DNA of 63,975 bases, filler included, from Phoronis australis (taxonomy: Eukaryota > Animalia > Phoronida), in assembly GCA_002633005.1 (NCBI GenBank). It is 12 parts of 12 records of this genome, joined end to end, with 100 filler letters (N's around TTAATTAATTAA, not from the genome) between each part and the next. Parts side by side here need not be neighbours in the genome. Positions count along the whole stretch, not along the records: positions 5,819 to 17,369 come from NMRA01001348.1; positions 17,470 to 27,897 come from NMRA01000383.1; 10 more parts are not named here. One strand, given 5' to 3'. A program made the translations under genes and the position numbers. The notes below the pieces were generated by a model. That model had not been told where the DNA came from and did no database searches. It was given only the letters and a program-made list of their open reading frames with translations. Below are positions 11,845 through 24,700 of the stretch, in pieces (the first letter of the stretch is position 1; the number at the start of each line of letters is the position of its first letter).

Positions 11845-12545
11845 CTTTCTAAAAATATATGAATTGATCCCCTACCGCGTTTCCTTCACATTTTATTGTC
11901 GAATTTCAGTTAGCACTATTTCCCGGTGGACACCGCCATGTTAGTTCAACTCAAGATAACAGCGACACCTATTGTTATTGAATGAAACAGCATCATTGAT
12001 TCTGAATGGTGGTTGCCCGCGCGAGATTCCCGCTAAAGTTTTCCTGACATAATATGGTGGATGCACAAGTAGAAGCATTTTACCTTTTCCATTTTTTTAG
12101 AATTGTGACCATTTTTCCATGAAATTGTCTGAAGTGATACTTTTTCACAGATCTGAACCTCAAAAACAACCTCCGCTTTTTTGGCAGATTCTTGCTAGCA
12201 GATGCGTATATCAAGGTCACCATAGGATCGAATTCGAACCCTTGGTTACGTAACTCGGGCAGTGGATTGACGGGTCTCGGTCAATTTGAACTTATGAAAA
12301 GCGACGATCTGTAAGTCGGTAGATTAATTCAGTTTTTGGCCGCCAGGTGACTCCTTATCCATTCAACATGGCGGTATTACTACCGAGTACCAGGAAATAG
12401 TGCGAGCAGAAATTTCACGATAAAAAACTAAGGGAATGGGGTAGGACAAATTTCTGTGTATATTTGAAAAGATAACATTGCGAGGAATCGAACGATACCA
12501 AAATCATATGTCTAAGTCATTGTCGTCTTATTGTAAACAATTACC
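11845..12545. mobile_element. Body and right arm of the long-TIR MITE
   Basis: About 12365-12545 is a diverged inverted copy of 6604-6765 plus 11933-11941. Confidence 0.6.
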
Positions 12546-12851
12546 TGGAGTTGAATACAAGCTACTCAATAATCAGAGGACACTAATTACAGCAATTTTC
12601 ACTTTTTCATTTTTAAAGGCTTCTCGTATGGTACTCCGTAGGCAACCTGTAGCCCCTCGGTTGGCTGGATAGGGGCTACAGCCACCTCACTGGTCCCCTA
12701 CGTGCCTAGCCAGCACACAGGTATCACGCAGTGGCACGCGCTTTAGCATTCGTTGACGTAACCTCAGCAGTCATTGGTTAATTTTACAACACCTTGAAAA
12801 AATGGTGGAATGTGAACTAGCCTTGTAATGCAAGTGGCGTTGTAGCAACTA

Positions 12852-13907
12852 CTCTCGAGTTCCGAATAGCCATATCTATACGATTATTTTTTTCAGACTC
12901 GTTTTTTGGTCTATACAACGCTTATTTGGGTCTCTATGTTTATTAATTTACTAACCTTTTCTGCTCTCAATGATTATTTGATTCAGCAAGTTTACAATTT
13001 TTGTTTCATGCAATAAAAAATTGTTACACAAAAACTTTGCTGCTGATACCGGGTATCGTACCTTGGTCATAAGACAGAGTTAATTCGCTCTAAACCTCTA
13101 GACCACGAGACTCTCAGTTCAGAGTTTGTAATTTAGAAGAGCTATATACGACTCCACGTTACACATGGAAGTCACATGTCGTACACATTAAAAGAGTTTA
13201 TTTCCTAAAATACATATTCAACTGTTTGTTTCAAAGCCTAAAATAATCGAACTCCCAAGCAAAGGTTTACGCAGCAGCCGTCTGTTGGACGGCCAGAATG
13301 TTATTTTGGATGGGTTCGACGGGATCAGTCAGAATTGAGAAAGTGTTGGCAAAATTTAAAAAAGCTTGAAATGATGACCACTTTCTCAATATTAACGGCT
13401 GGTTGGCAGTCGCTCAAAGAAATAGGCCAGAATTTGCTTCTTTGCACTATTATTCCCTTCATTATTAGATTTTGCACTTTCTATTATTTCCATCTTCCGT
13501 TACTAGATTTTATGAAAATTTGTAATCAATGTTATTATTCCAGTCTATACTATTTTTAATTTTCCACAAATTTCCCGTCTATACCATTATTCCTTAGAAT
13601 TTGCTGTTTTGCATTATTATTCCCTTCTATATCATTATTAGACTTTACCTAAATTTGTAACCAACATTATTATTCCAGTCTATACTATGTTTAAATTTCC
13701 ACAAATTTGCCGTCTATACCATTATTCCATTCTATACTATTATTAATTTTTTATAACCATTTCTGGTCTATACTATTATTCTACTTTTCTAGTGGCAAAA
13801 ATGTTGGTTCTATACTATTATTAGAGTCTCTACTATTATTAAAAAATTGTGAAATTTTCCAGTCTATGGTATTATTACTGTCTCTACAACTATTCGGAAC
13901 TCCAGAG
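12852..13907. mobile_element. Tc1/mariner-type non-autonomous element (TA TSD)
   Basis: TA|CTCTCGAGTTCCGAATAG ... CTATTCGGAACTCCAGAG|TA (17/18). Degenerate CTATACTATTATT repeats at 13420-13890. Confidence 0.75.
13030..13113 (-). ncRNA. tRNA-derived Pol III-like cassette (not a canonical tRNA)
   Basis: A box TGGTCTAGAGG, degenerate B box GGTACGATACC, downstream T5 run. Cloverleaf stems do not pair well. Confidence 0.4.
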
Positions 13908-14328
13908 TATTTTGTTTCTGCAGTGATGTTTAATAGCGGTGCGCTTGAAGCACATACATGTACAATAAGCACATATCTCTCCGATTTAACCAGTGTGTTA
14001 TTCGTACTGTATGAGTACAGGATAGTATTGTAAACAAAAGCCATCGGCAGTAGAAAGATGCATTCCGAAAAGGTGCAACCACAATTTCTAGGATTCACAT
14101 TTCATGAACATAAATTTTAAGCGCCGATTTGTCTGTACAACACCTCATTTACACTTCAGTCCATCAGTCGTGCCAGCATAGACTATACAGTATCTGTGAT
14201 GTTAGATTGTTTGCGTAAAACGCTCCCTGTTGAGAATTCAACTAGCCAATCAGAAATGCCAGTGTAAAAAAAATTTCCCAAGGAAAATTAAGTGATATCT
14301 GCATGCTGGCTACTGACCACCTAGCAGC

Positions 14329-14435
14329 ACGCAGGGAACCAGCGAGTTACAGCCACTACAGTACTCCCCATCGCTTTCTGTACGCAGGGAACCAGTGAGT
14401 TACAGCCACTACAGTACTCCCCATCGCTTTCTGTA
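14329..14435. repeat. 53-bp tandem duplication
   Basis: ACGCAGGGAACCAG(C/T)GAGTTACAGCCACTACAGTACTCCCCATCGCTTTCTGT occurs twice. Confidence 0.85.
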
Positions 14436-15281
14436 ATAAATTCATCCCGTGTATTTTAAACAGATAGTAGGCGAAATGTACTCACATCGTCACAAAGTTG
14501 AAATTATCACTTAAAAAGCGCTTACTTTATTCAGCGATCCTTTCTGGTTCTGCACCAATCTTTGATGAAGCATATCTACAGGAAATTAAGATGATTTTGA
14601 TGATGAAATACAACTCCACTTTTTTGGTCCACGTTTACTTTTTCACGGCGCGCGTAATAACCACAAAATATTTCAACGGAGTCACATGAGTTAGGGAAAG
14701 ACTATTGCAGGACTGAGTGAAGTGCGTGACCTGGCGCGTGACATTTGCAAAATAGTGTGGGAGGACATCTGGTGGAATTTGTAAGATTCGTGTCCCTTGA
14801 ACTTTTTTGTTCCTCAACAGATGTGATTTCACATAACGTCTTCAAAATGACTCCTGGTAAGGGAAGCTTGAGCGAACCGCAACAGATTTTCATGGATATG
14901 TTCAAGCTATGTTGACTAAATTGTATCCAGAGTCATGGTATGTGTTTACTCAATGCGCATATATGCATGTTTCATTTGATGTTATTCACTGTATTTTGAG
15001 ATGAGTAACTTTTTGCTTGCGGCATTAAGGGCGATGTTATTGCCTCCTGGTATGGTTGTGAGGGTCTCATTTCTCAAAACATTGTTTCATTTGGTCGACG
15101 AGACTGATTTTTTATGATACTTAATTCTTGATATTCTTACTTTGTGAGATTTTTCTGTTTCTCACCAATGTTACCCCATTGTTCTTCATTTTTAATCCAG
15201 TTTCTGTGATTTTGAAAGCTATGATATTTTTAGACGTGAACTTGTGATCATAATTGAGGACAAAATATTTCCTGTTTATAG

Positions 15282-15330
15282 GCCAAGTAGCAGTGTTAAG
15301 AAGAAGACTAAAGAATCGAGGGAGCGTGAG
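15282..15330 (+). CDS. Candidate small exon of an unknown gene
   Basis: tttatAG acceptor and GTAATT donor; encodes PSSSVKKKTKESRERE. Phase-compatible with a donor after 14937 (MLTKLYPESW). Confidence 0.25.
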
Positions 15331-15600
15331 GTAATTAATCGTTTGTTACTTTCATCACAGTCAGGCCAGAAACATCATAGGTCTTTCAGCGGACTATCAG
15401 GGAATGCTGGGTAAAAAAGGATCCCAACCCTACAAGTCATTTCAGATGGTGTCAGGGGATTTTTTCCTTTTTTCAAAATATGGAAGGTTGAAAATACTTC
15501 TTTATTGCATCAAATTTCAAAATCCCACTGCCTAGAACCAGTTAAGTTATTTTTATCTGACGTAGCGGTAAAAATTTTTAATGAAAGCGCTCTGAGGACT

Positions 15601-15830
15601 GACACTTGGGGAAATTAACAGAAAAGACAACGATAGAGATGACGACGAAGAGGACGATTATGACAACGATGGTGGCGATGATGAACAATTCAAGTAATGA
15701 TAACATTCACAAGACGAACGTAGAGGCCAGACATCAGTAAGTATAGGCTACAGTCTTGAACGACACTTGGCGAAATTAACTGAAAAGACGACGACAGAGA
15801 TGATGGCGAAGATAACGAATATGATGACAA
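15601..15830. repeat. About 160-bp diverged tandem duplication with GAY-rich tracts
   Basis: GACACTTGG.GAAATTAAC.GAAAAGAC.ACGA.AGAGATGA at 15601 and 15762. Confidence 0.7.
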
Positions 15831-16725
15831 CATCGTAAAATTCATATGAAGCACTTAGATGTCATAAATCAGCAAGAAATAGGCTACACTCTTGCCCAAT
15901 AGAAACTAAACCAGCATCAATGCAGCAAGAGCGCTAAACAAAGGAACAGCGCTATCAGAAAATCTTGAATAATTCAAAAAGTAGACATCCTAGCGAAAAA
16001 TGAAAAACATCTTCTGAAAGCCCGTTCAAAACTCTATCTAAAGTGATGGTATCGCTTAATTCCATAAATTTTTCGTAAAAAATGAAAGTTTACATTTTTT
16101 TAAGAATTTCAAAGTCAAATAATACGAAAACGGTTAGTCTGAGGAAAAAATTGCTAGAGGTCATTTGAAAGAGTATACCTCAAAGAATCCACATGCAAAA
16201 AATCATGTCTTTTTCTCTTCCCGTTTAAAATCGCACTCCAGCACGACTGAAAATGGGTCAACATGCACCAGATCCGCCATCTTGAAAGCAACTTCCGGTT
16301 TTTTGGCTCTGTATAATAGCATGTCATAAGAAACTAATACCTGTAAAAATTCGAAGGAATTGGCCGTATAATGCGCCCTCTACAGGAGAAAACGTTTTTA
16401 GGCCAAAATTGAGGTGTGCGTTCGCCGATATTTCCGCCATCTTTAACCGGAAGTAAACAATTTCCGGTACACTTGTAGAAAACTTCTGGTCCATTTACTG
16501 TGCCGATTCTTAGCCTAATACGTAAAAATTGTAGCCTCCAGAAGCATTTGAACCTTTAAATGAAAACAAAATGGCCGCCACAGCTGCCATTTTGGATCCG
16601 ATTGTGACGAAAAACAATAGGCTTCTAGTACTTCCNCAAACTGAATTTACAAATATTTGAATTGTACTGTGCTTGAATACTGTTTTTGCTCCTTAATTCT
16701 GTGTGGACTTTCGATGACAACTTAA

Positions 16726-17369
16726 TTTTTATTATGCGCCCACATATTTACATGTGGACGCATTATGCCGTCATCTCCATCCGTCTGTCCGGGTGGCGTC
16801 TGTCCGGCGTCTGGCATCCGCTGCTCTATCTCCACAACCCTTTGATATAGGTTCATGAAATTTGGCACATATGTTCCATTCATGAATGGGACGGCATGAG
16901 CAAATTTTCGGACAGATCCAACGATCGGTGTTCTCCCTAGTGGCAATTTTAGTTTTTTACGCTTACCTTTGTATCTTCAAAAGTCCTAAACGTATTTTCA
17001 TGAAATTTGGTATGTAGGCACCTATTAGTGAGATGATGCTATCCTCCTGTATTCGGATGGATTTGCTGTAGTTTGCGCCACCTAGTGGCCATTTTTTATG
17101 TTTTCGAGTCTGTTTGTTGCGTACACCCCTCTATCAACAAAACCGCTCAAAGGATGATTGTGAATATTGACATGTGTGCTTATTATGAAGAGGACGGTTG
17201 ACGATGATTTTCCGACGACTTCAACTACTGTGGCGCCTCCTAGTGGCAGTTTTTTTTGCGTCTATGGCTGTATCTCCTAAACCGTTCGCAGGATCTTTAC
17301 GAAATTTAGTAAGTATATTTATATGATGTTAACAACAAACGAAGATGACTTTTGGACAGATCCAACTAC
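16726..17369 (+). mobile_element. Helentron/DINE-1-like non-autonomous element (truncated)
   Basis: T-run start, hairpin GCGCCCACAT..ATGTGGACGC, CCGTCTGTCC microsatellite, then about 146-bp tandem units containing TGAAATTTGG. Confidence 0.65.
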
Positions 17370-20274
17370 NNNNNNNNNNNNNNNNNNNNNNNNNNNNNNN
17401 NNNNNNNNNNNNNTTAATTAATTAANNNNNNNNNNNNNNNNNNNNNNNNNNNNNNNNNNNNNNNNNNNNGCGACCGGCACGTGCTTGATTGTGTCTGCAG
17501 CCGTGTGAAAAGGCTAAGAACGTCTTCGGCGTAATGTGTCGCAAGTCATGCACAAAAGCAATATTTGTTCGAAAAAATATATTAAGATATGAATAGATAA
17601 TTCTTTATTTGATTAGAAATTTCACACACTTCTACACACGTCAATTTGTCTTTTTTGTTACAGTTTCAATGCTGTTTATAGTCAATCGCCGTCGCACGAA
17701 CGACCGTGAACTGAACAGAACACAAGCAAAACTCAAATTTAGCGCCACTGGCAGCACTACCTGGTGTACAACGCATAAACTAAACAAAGAAAGGCAGCTT
17801 TATTAACAGAACATCAGGATAAGCTCATTAAAATGGTATGTGTTCTTAGTCTCGCACTGCGCGGCTATGTTACTTGACTCCACTGCCAGGCTCGTGATAA
17901 AAACGCTTTTTGACCATTTCAGATTAAAGTTCGTCATGACATTTCCCCATGAAATGCCTTCCGTAATAATAAAAATGATTGGCGAAGCTCCAGTTAACTT
18001 CCAGGCAACAGCAGATCCAAGGAAGACGCTGAGATAGCGTCTTCTTTTCTCAGTACGCAATTGAGACGTTACTCGAATTCAGAGATGTCCCGGAAATTAG
18101 GTTTCAGTTCCACGTCCAGTTGTGAGCTCATTGGTTGCTTTGTATCCGAAGATGTCCAAAATTATACCAAACATCAGGCGTGCCCTATTTCAAAAAGCTT
18201 AGTGCTAAGTGACTTATAGCGAGGAAATAGTTTATTCAATAAATAAATTTTGTTTTGGAATGTTTTCATTATATATGATTCTTGTTATCTGTTTGATTTT
18301 TCTTAACGTGTATTGTACACTGCAAGAGCATATAGTTCCGAAGAGATACTGCACCAATAATAATAATTCCATTCAGTTATTTATAGTTAGATATTTGTAT
18401 TTAAACGGAAAATTTCGCGATAAGCCACTCAAACACTATAATAACACTTAGATCTACTGGGTCGTTGAATGAATAGCGTTGAGGCCTTAACTCATCCTTT
18501 CGTAGCTTTGGGATAAATTAGAGAAACCATCTTAATCCAAGAAAAATTGTAACTGCATTTTGAATATGCATCTTTTTGCACAGATACGAGAAAAAAATCT
18601 TCGCTTGTTGACCCGCCGCTCTGTACAGTCCTGCAGTGCACGAACAATCATCCATTGCGACCTACTAGCATAATGACATGGAGCGCCGCACTTTGCCGAC
18701 GAGGCTAATTTATTTCACACAATGGTATTAGCGTGGCACAAACTGGTAGTGTTTTTTCACGTTAGAGACGATAAATCTTGACAAAGAAAGAATATTCTAA
18801 GACATCTCGCTGTCTGAAGGGCATTTCTGTCTAAAAATCGACAATGAATTTCAAAGTTAGACCACCTCAATCGGTTGTTTAGATATCCTCGGTAAATGCA
18901 GACGCAAGTCAAATCTGAGGTCTGGTCATGGAAGCTTCCAAGCGCCTGTTTCGTGCACCTGTTGCTCTCGACCATCTCATACTTATTGTCTCATTCGCCA
19001 CCATAATAATATTTAGCCTTTAGTCGGTGAAATGCCGATACTTCAGTCAATTTTGAGAATTTCCCAATTTCAAACCTTAAAACCAAAAACTAAAAAAAAA
19101 ATTCTCTTTGGCGAAACATTTCATTAGTTTTATTAATGCTTAACGGTAAGTTTGACACTGTTAAAACTTCTGTTTTTTATACCAAGCCCTATTGTCGTGT
19201 TAATTTAGTACGCCTGTCATAAAATTCCGTTGTATTTTTGCCCAAAGCTATAACCTATTCAGATAAGCCAACCGAGCCCACGGTCAAAAAAAGTTGCTAC
19301 AACTACTGGTACTACGCTATCATTTATTCCGCGTTCAACGGGGCCAAGTTACCAACTTTTAACGTCATTCTTTTACACATCCGCCCAAATAGTCCTACAT
19401 TCCTTTTTGATACAACAGCTACCGTTTTCTATCATCAGCCAAAGTTAGATGGGTTGGTCAGCGTTGCCAAACCGATGATGGATTTTTGGCGCTTCTTTTT
19501 AGTTGCCAATGCCTCGAATGGTCTGTTTGAGATTGGCAATGATTTTTTATTACGGATAAAAAGACCTGAAATATATACTGTGAGACTGTACAGTCGGTCC
19601 CCGTTTATGGTGCGAGGAGTGCGAATTGCTGTTGAATAAAGGTCAAGGTCAACTTATCACGTTTTTGAAGTTTGACATCTGACTATTGCCTAACATTTTG
19701 TCTGCAGCTAGCAGAGCCTGTGAATTTGCACAAAAAAACAAGATTGAGCATAAAGCAGGGAAATCATCTAAAGATCTGACTGCTTAAAATCAGATTTTCA
19801 AAATAATTCAGGGTCATCTGAAGACGAGGACATTTTGTACACTATGCTTACTACCTAGTTGTAGGTGTGTTCGTGAATACGAAATACAACACTAGCGATG
19901 ACGTTTCATGCGGCAACTCTTGTCGTTGTTTTGTTTTTATTGACATCAGGCCCGTTTCACGGATTCAAAGTGATTTCACACTTAAGACTGAAATTTGCTC
20001 TTACAGTCCTACTTCACAGTTGCGGAATGAAAGTTTAGCCAAGTAATTATGACCACATGGTAGTCTAGAAATAATTCACAAAAATTGTCCCAGTAACTAG
20101 CACTTTATGCGTATATTCTCACAGACTGCATTTTTGCTCAAGTGAGATTAAATAATTTTTCAAAAATAGTTGTGTGAAGCGTAACTAGGCCAAATTTCTA
20201 ACTTTTCACGAAACAAACCCTGGTTGCTTGTTTATTCTATCGCTTGTGTATGTGAGTTTTTCTTGTTCGAAGGA

Positions 20275-20277
<3 letters not shown>

Positions 20278-20356
<79 letters not shown>

Positions 20357-20394
20357 AGATATAGATATAGATATAGATATAGATATAGATATAG

Positions 20395-20450
<56 letters not shown>

Positions 20451-20456
20451 ATACAT
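20278..20456. repeat. Compound microsatellite (TA)n(TAGATA)n(TG)n
   Basis: Directly visible. Confidence 0.97.
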
Positions 20457-23400
20457 ACGGGTGTTTCAGCAAAATTTCAGTCATAAAGTGACTGGGTTTG
20501 AATCCTTCTCCATGTAAGAACACTCACACCCACTTATTCAAGGCACCAGAGAAAACGCTCCGGTTTGCGCACTCACGTATCACTTTTAACGAAGACCAAT
20601 TTTTCGAGAGCTACACAAACGTATCTCAAAAGGTAGTACTGATTGGACACCTATCATTTCGCTAACTGATCAGTTGAGAACTGAGGTTCCCAAAGGCAAA
20701 AGATAGTGATGCGATTCTTGAAGTCGCGTCCACACACACCCTTCCCCGGCTCAGAATTCTCGCGGAAATGATACCTTGGATCTGTACTAGTAGAAACCAA
20801 TGTCGCGAAACCAAACTAAGGTGGATGGCTGTTAGAATTACAGGCATAATTCCATTGGCAAGGTTGGTGCCAATTATAGACCAAACATCGACTTTCATCT
20901 TCGATTCAGTAGTGTTTTGTTTCCGCACTTCATATCTATTATATGAGCACTCAGGTCTGTAACCACCGTGAATTTTCGAAAATTATCCCTGTGATTGTTT
21001 CACCAAGTTTAACGAGCTTTTCGGTCTAACTTGTAAGTCTGGTTGATGTAACATTGTCAGTCACCAGGTGGCGAGACCGTCCCGTCCACTAGTCGGCTCA
21101 CCCAGAATTGCCAATCAAGACGCCGCGGAAATCAACGACATTGGAGAGTCCGCTCAAAAATAGTTCATCAAAAGGGCAACGGGAACGGGAAGTTGGGGAA
21201 ATTATTAAAAGCAGAAATGCTCGCTTGTCACTACTTTTGATGACTGATTTAACGGAGGCTGCAACTCGCCCGCAAGCGTCGGCGGGATATCTCCCACCTC
21301 AGAGATAATTTATATAGTAAAATCCTCCCGACCACCTGATAAATGATCTCGCCTTGAATTGCTTATTACAAATCTTTATATTTTCGAAAATACAACGATT
21401 TCAAAGAATTGAACTATTTCTAGAACGCTCAAAATGCATTTCTGTGAATCTCATTTCAAAAAAAAGTTTCCAGGCGCATCCCTCCTTCCCTATGGCATTC
21501 TTGGTTGCACCTTCAGTCGGCACTCAATTTACTCCCTACTTAGGGATTCCAAGCAGGGAGAATATACTTCTTTCACATTTTTCAAGTTGGAGCCTCTGAT
21601 ATTGCAATTACATAATANTGCATGTGCCTTCAATAATTTGAAGGCGTCAGGGTTAAACCGTGGCAACCGGCATAGAAATAGGTGTGGGTTGGTCAGTCAA
21701 AGCGTAAAGAGAAAATATCAAGAGAGCATTTGCCAACAACCAGTGCTTGATTTACCTTTTGAGGGACATTGTTGTTAGGGGGACCCATGTTTTGCAGCAC
21801 AGATTGCATAAACGTGCTTGAAAATATGCATTTGATCATTCATACATGTATTTCGAAAAAGACGAGAATTTTTTTAAAGCACACTTTTGAAGAGTACATC
21901 AATTCACTGGATTTTTAAATTCAAGAAGACAATTTTAAAGAATGCAGAACTAGTATATTCCCCCTTTCTGACCAGGGATGTTGGAGTCATCTGTCGATGT
22001 CTTTTCTCGAAATTGTACAACACTCAACTGCTGCTCATTTCATGTAGTTTTTTTCAAATTACACTAGATCGTATCATATAAAGGTCCCAACTCTTGTACT
22101 GTAGGGGCCCCGTCGATGCGGCATCCATGAGCCACCCTTTTCGTGTTTTTATCGATAACTTCTTACGGTGTCCTTGCGAAGAGAGGGCCCAATGACGGAA
22201 TCGGTTGCCTCTATTCTCCTGTTATGTTTAAGAAGATCGTCTTTTGGAAGGTCACGCGATGAAAGAAGTATCCGTCACTCTTTTCCATTTTTAATGGCAT
22301 TTAGCCTTTCATATTATGGGGTCTCGTTTCAGACGAAGTCCTTTCTCGGAAGGGCATTCCGGGGCAATTGTCCCTTTGTCCCTCTATACATGCTGCACTG
22401 CCATCTATTCACGAGAAGATAAGATTCCAAATTCATCAAAAAAATAATAATAAAATAAAAACAACAACAAAAAACGAGCAAAGCACAGCAGTGCCAAGAC
22501 ATTCGGTCCAAATATCCAAAAATGATTGTATTGAAAAATACAATGGCATAAACCGCCATAGGAAGGATGAAAGTTTTTAAAAACTTGAAAACCACTGTTT
22601 GAGATTTACGCAAAAGAAATATTTCCGACGGATTTATGACGATAAAATGTCGACACTTTTCCTATAGTGTCTTAAGAATAGTATTTAAGATCGTTACTAG
22701 TTGTTTGTAAGACAAGTGTCAGACTGTCAAATTTAAATCACAAACCGTAATAGCTACCTCTGGAATGAACCAAATACACGCAAATACGAATAAATTCGGA
22801 AAATTTCATGAAATTATCCACAAATTCCGGGTCTTCCATGTCCTCCCAATTGCTCGTCAAGAATCTGCAAAGGTGCCTTCGGGAATAGCTTATAATATTC
22901 TGTTTTGCATGTTTAAATACCTACGAAAATCGACTGATTCATATATGAATTTTTGACAATTAGATGAAGCTAATCTTGGTAGGCTCAATGAGAAAGTCAT
23001 TGAACTTAGTTACAGGGTGAAGTTGGGGGGAATCTCTATAATCCGATCCCAAAATAGCAAAGTGCACTAGACGATTTTTTGCCTATCTGAAATAACTCTC
23101 AAAGATATTGACGAAGTTCGGACATTTCAACAGGATGTCAGAAAATGTACTCACAATTCAAATGACAATAAATGCATTGTTTATTGACTTAGGAGCAAGA
23201 TCAGTGGTGTAAATTGACAAACAGGAGACCAAAAAGGAATTAAAGACGCCTGGAACGCGAAAGCTCGTAAAATACCTTTTAAAGATACCTCTTCCTTTAC
23301 ATTCATCAATTTCTATCACATGATGAGTCTCTTCAGTCGTAAGATATCACTTAAATATAAACATTTCCTAACTTTCATCCCTGTTTGTGTTACCTATATT

Positions 23401-24524
23401 TTACTCTTAATGTTTCATTTTTTTAAAAAAGTTGGGCGGGAGTTTCCGCGACGGTTGAGTAAGTACCCATAATGCCTGAGTCAGCTGTCATTCACTATGG
23501 TGGCCATTTTAGGTGGTGGTGCACCACCAAAAATAAAACTTAAAGTAAAAAAATCATATTTATTTAATTTTAGTTAATTTTGAAAATATTTGGAGTTGTA
23601 TTCATTGCGCATTATTTGGGCATAAGTTTCCATTGAACCAACTTGAGGAGTTAAAATCTGTTTTATATAAAATGAAGCAGACGCAGTATCTTTAAACAGA
23701 TCGTGACGTATGAATTTCTTGAGGATGCTAACGTGAGAGTCATTCACTTTCAATATTGCAAGAATTTCTAAAAAATCGTCTGATTCACTATTTTTGATAC
23801 ATAGATGAAACATAAATTCTCCACCCCTAATAATATATAAGCGTAAGCGCTCAAACACTAAACCTTTTCCCCAAGTGCAAACTGCAGTGTTTTGTTTACA
23901 TAAAAGGTTCAATGTCTCATTTTCCATATAAGGGAAACGTGCTACGTCTATGTCTTGGCATACCAAATAAGGAAACTTGCTTTGCCTTGTGGGAGAAAAA
24001 TCAACAAAGCGTCCAGAACAGCTGACAGATCGCTTTCTGAAATTTGAAACCAAAGGATAATGCTTTGACATCAGTAGAAATTCAAAATCTTTACCAACAA
24101 ACCTTAAAACTACTTGGTGAACAATTTGATTTCCGTTTCAATGGCAGAGGGCCACTTTAAAGAATGCAATTTAACCTGTTTTTTGCGTTCTACTCCACTT
24201 TAAGTCTAAAGTTTAAATCAAATTAAAATCATTGTTCATTAGGCCTACTAAACCCGGGAAGACTAATTGTCTTTGCACTTCTCTCATTTTTTAGTTTCTA
24301 GAAGTACTCCGCAATAAATTTTCGTTCTCAAAAACTGATTTAAACTCATTCACACCGGAAATACACAGTGCAAACTCTCACGACCAGTTCCTGTGAAACG
24401 GGGGTTGCAAGCTCAACAAATTATGGGTCACGCTCGCGCGGGAGTTGACATTCCAATACTATACAGTTTTATGGTTGCACTTCACTGAATACGTCGATTC
24501 CGTCTGTCCAAGCCGCTTCAGAAG

Positions 24525-24700
24525 GTTTCTGATTGGTCGGTTAGCCGGGAGTTATATGAACGAACTAGATGTCTTAGCCGGTTGACCCAGCGGAACCGTC
24601 GAAGTCAATCACGCGTAGCGATAGATTAAGTCGAGTTCAAAGGTCAAAGAAGTAGACCGCCATTTTCTGCTGTTCGTCTGCTCAGATTTGGCACGTAAGT
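24525..24700 (+). promoter_or_regulatory. Putative housekeeping promoter and first non-coding exon
   Basis: Inverted CCAAT (CTGATTGG near 24530), YY1-type CCGCCATTTT at 24657, strong GTAAGT donor at 24695. Confidence 0.45.

Noticed and set aside
10902-11852. 316-aa ORF
   Set aside because: Almost entirely the 812-N gap; an artefact.
6604-12545. 5.9-kb Pack-MULE carrying a KRTCAP2 exon
   Set aside because: The TIRs and near-TSD do bracket the exon, but the exact overlap and split TSD are better explained by contig misordering.
13707-14098. Hydrophobic and NNS-repeat ORFs
   Set aside because: Translations of the internal repeats of the mariner-type MITE.
20206-20523. YI/YR/CV repeat ORFs
   Set aside because: Microsatellite translations.
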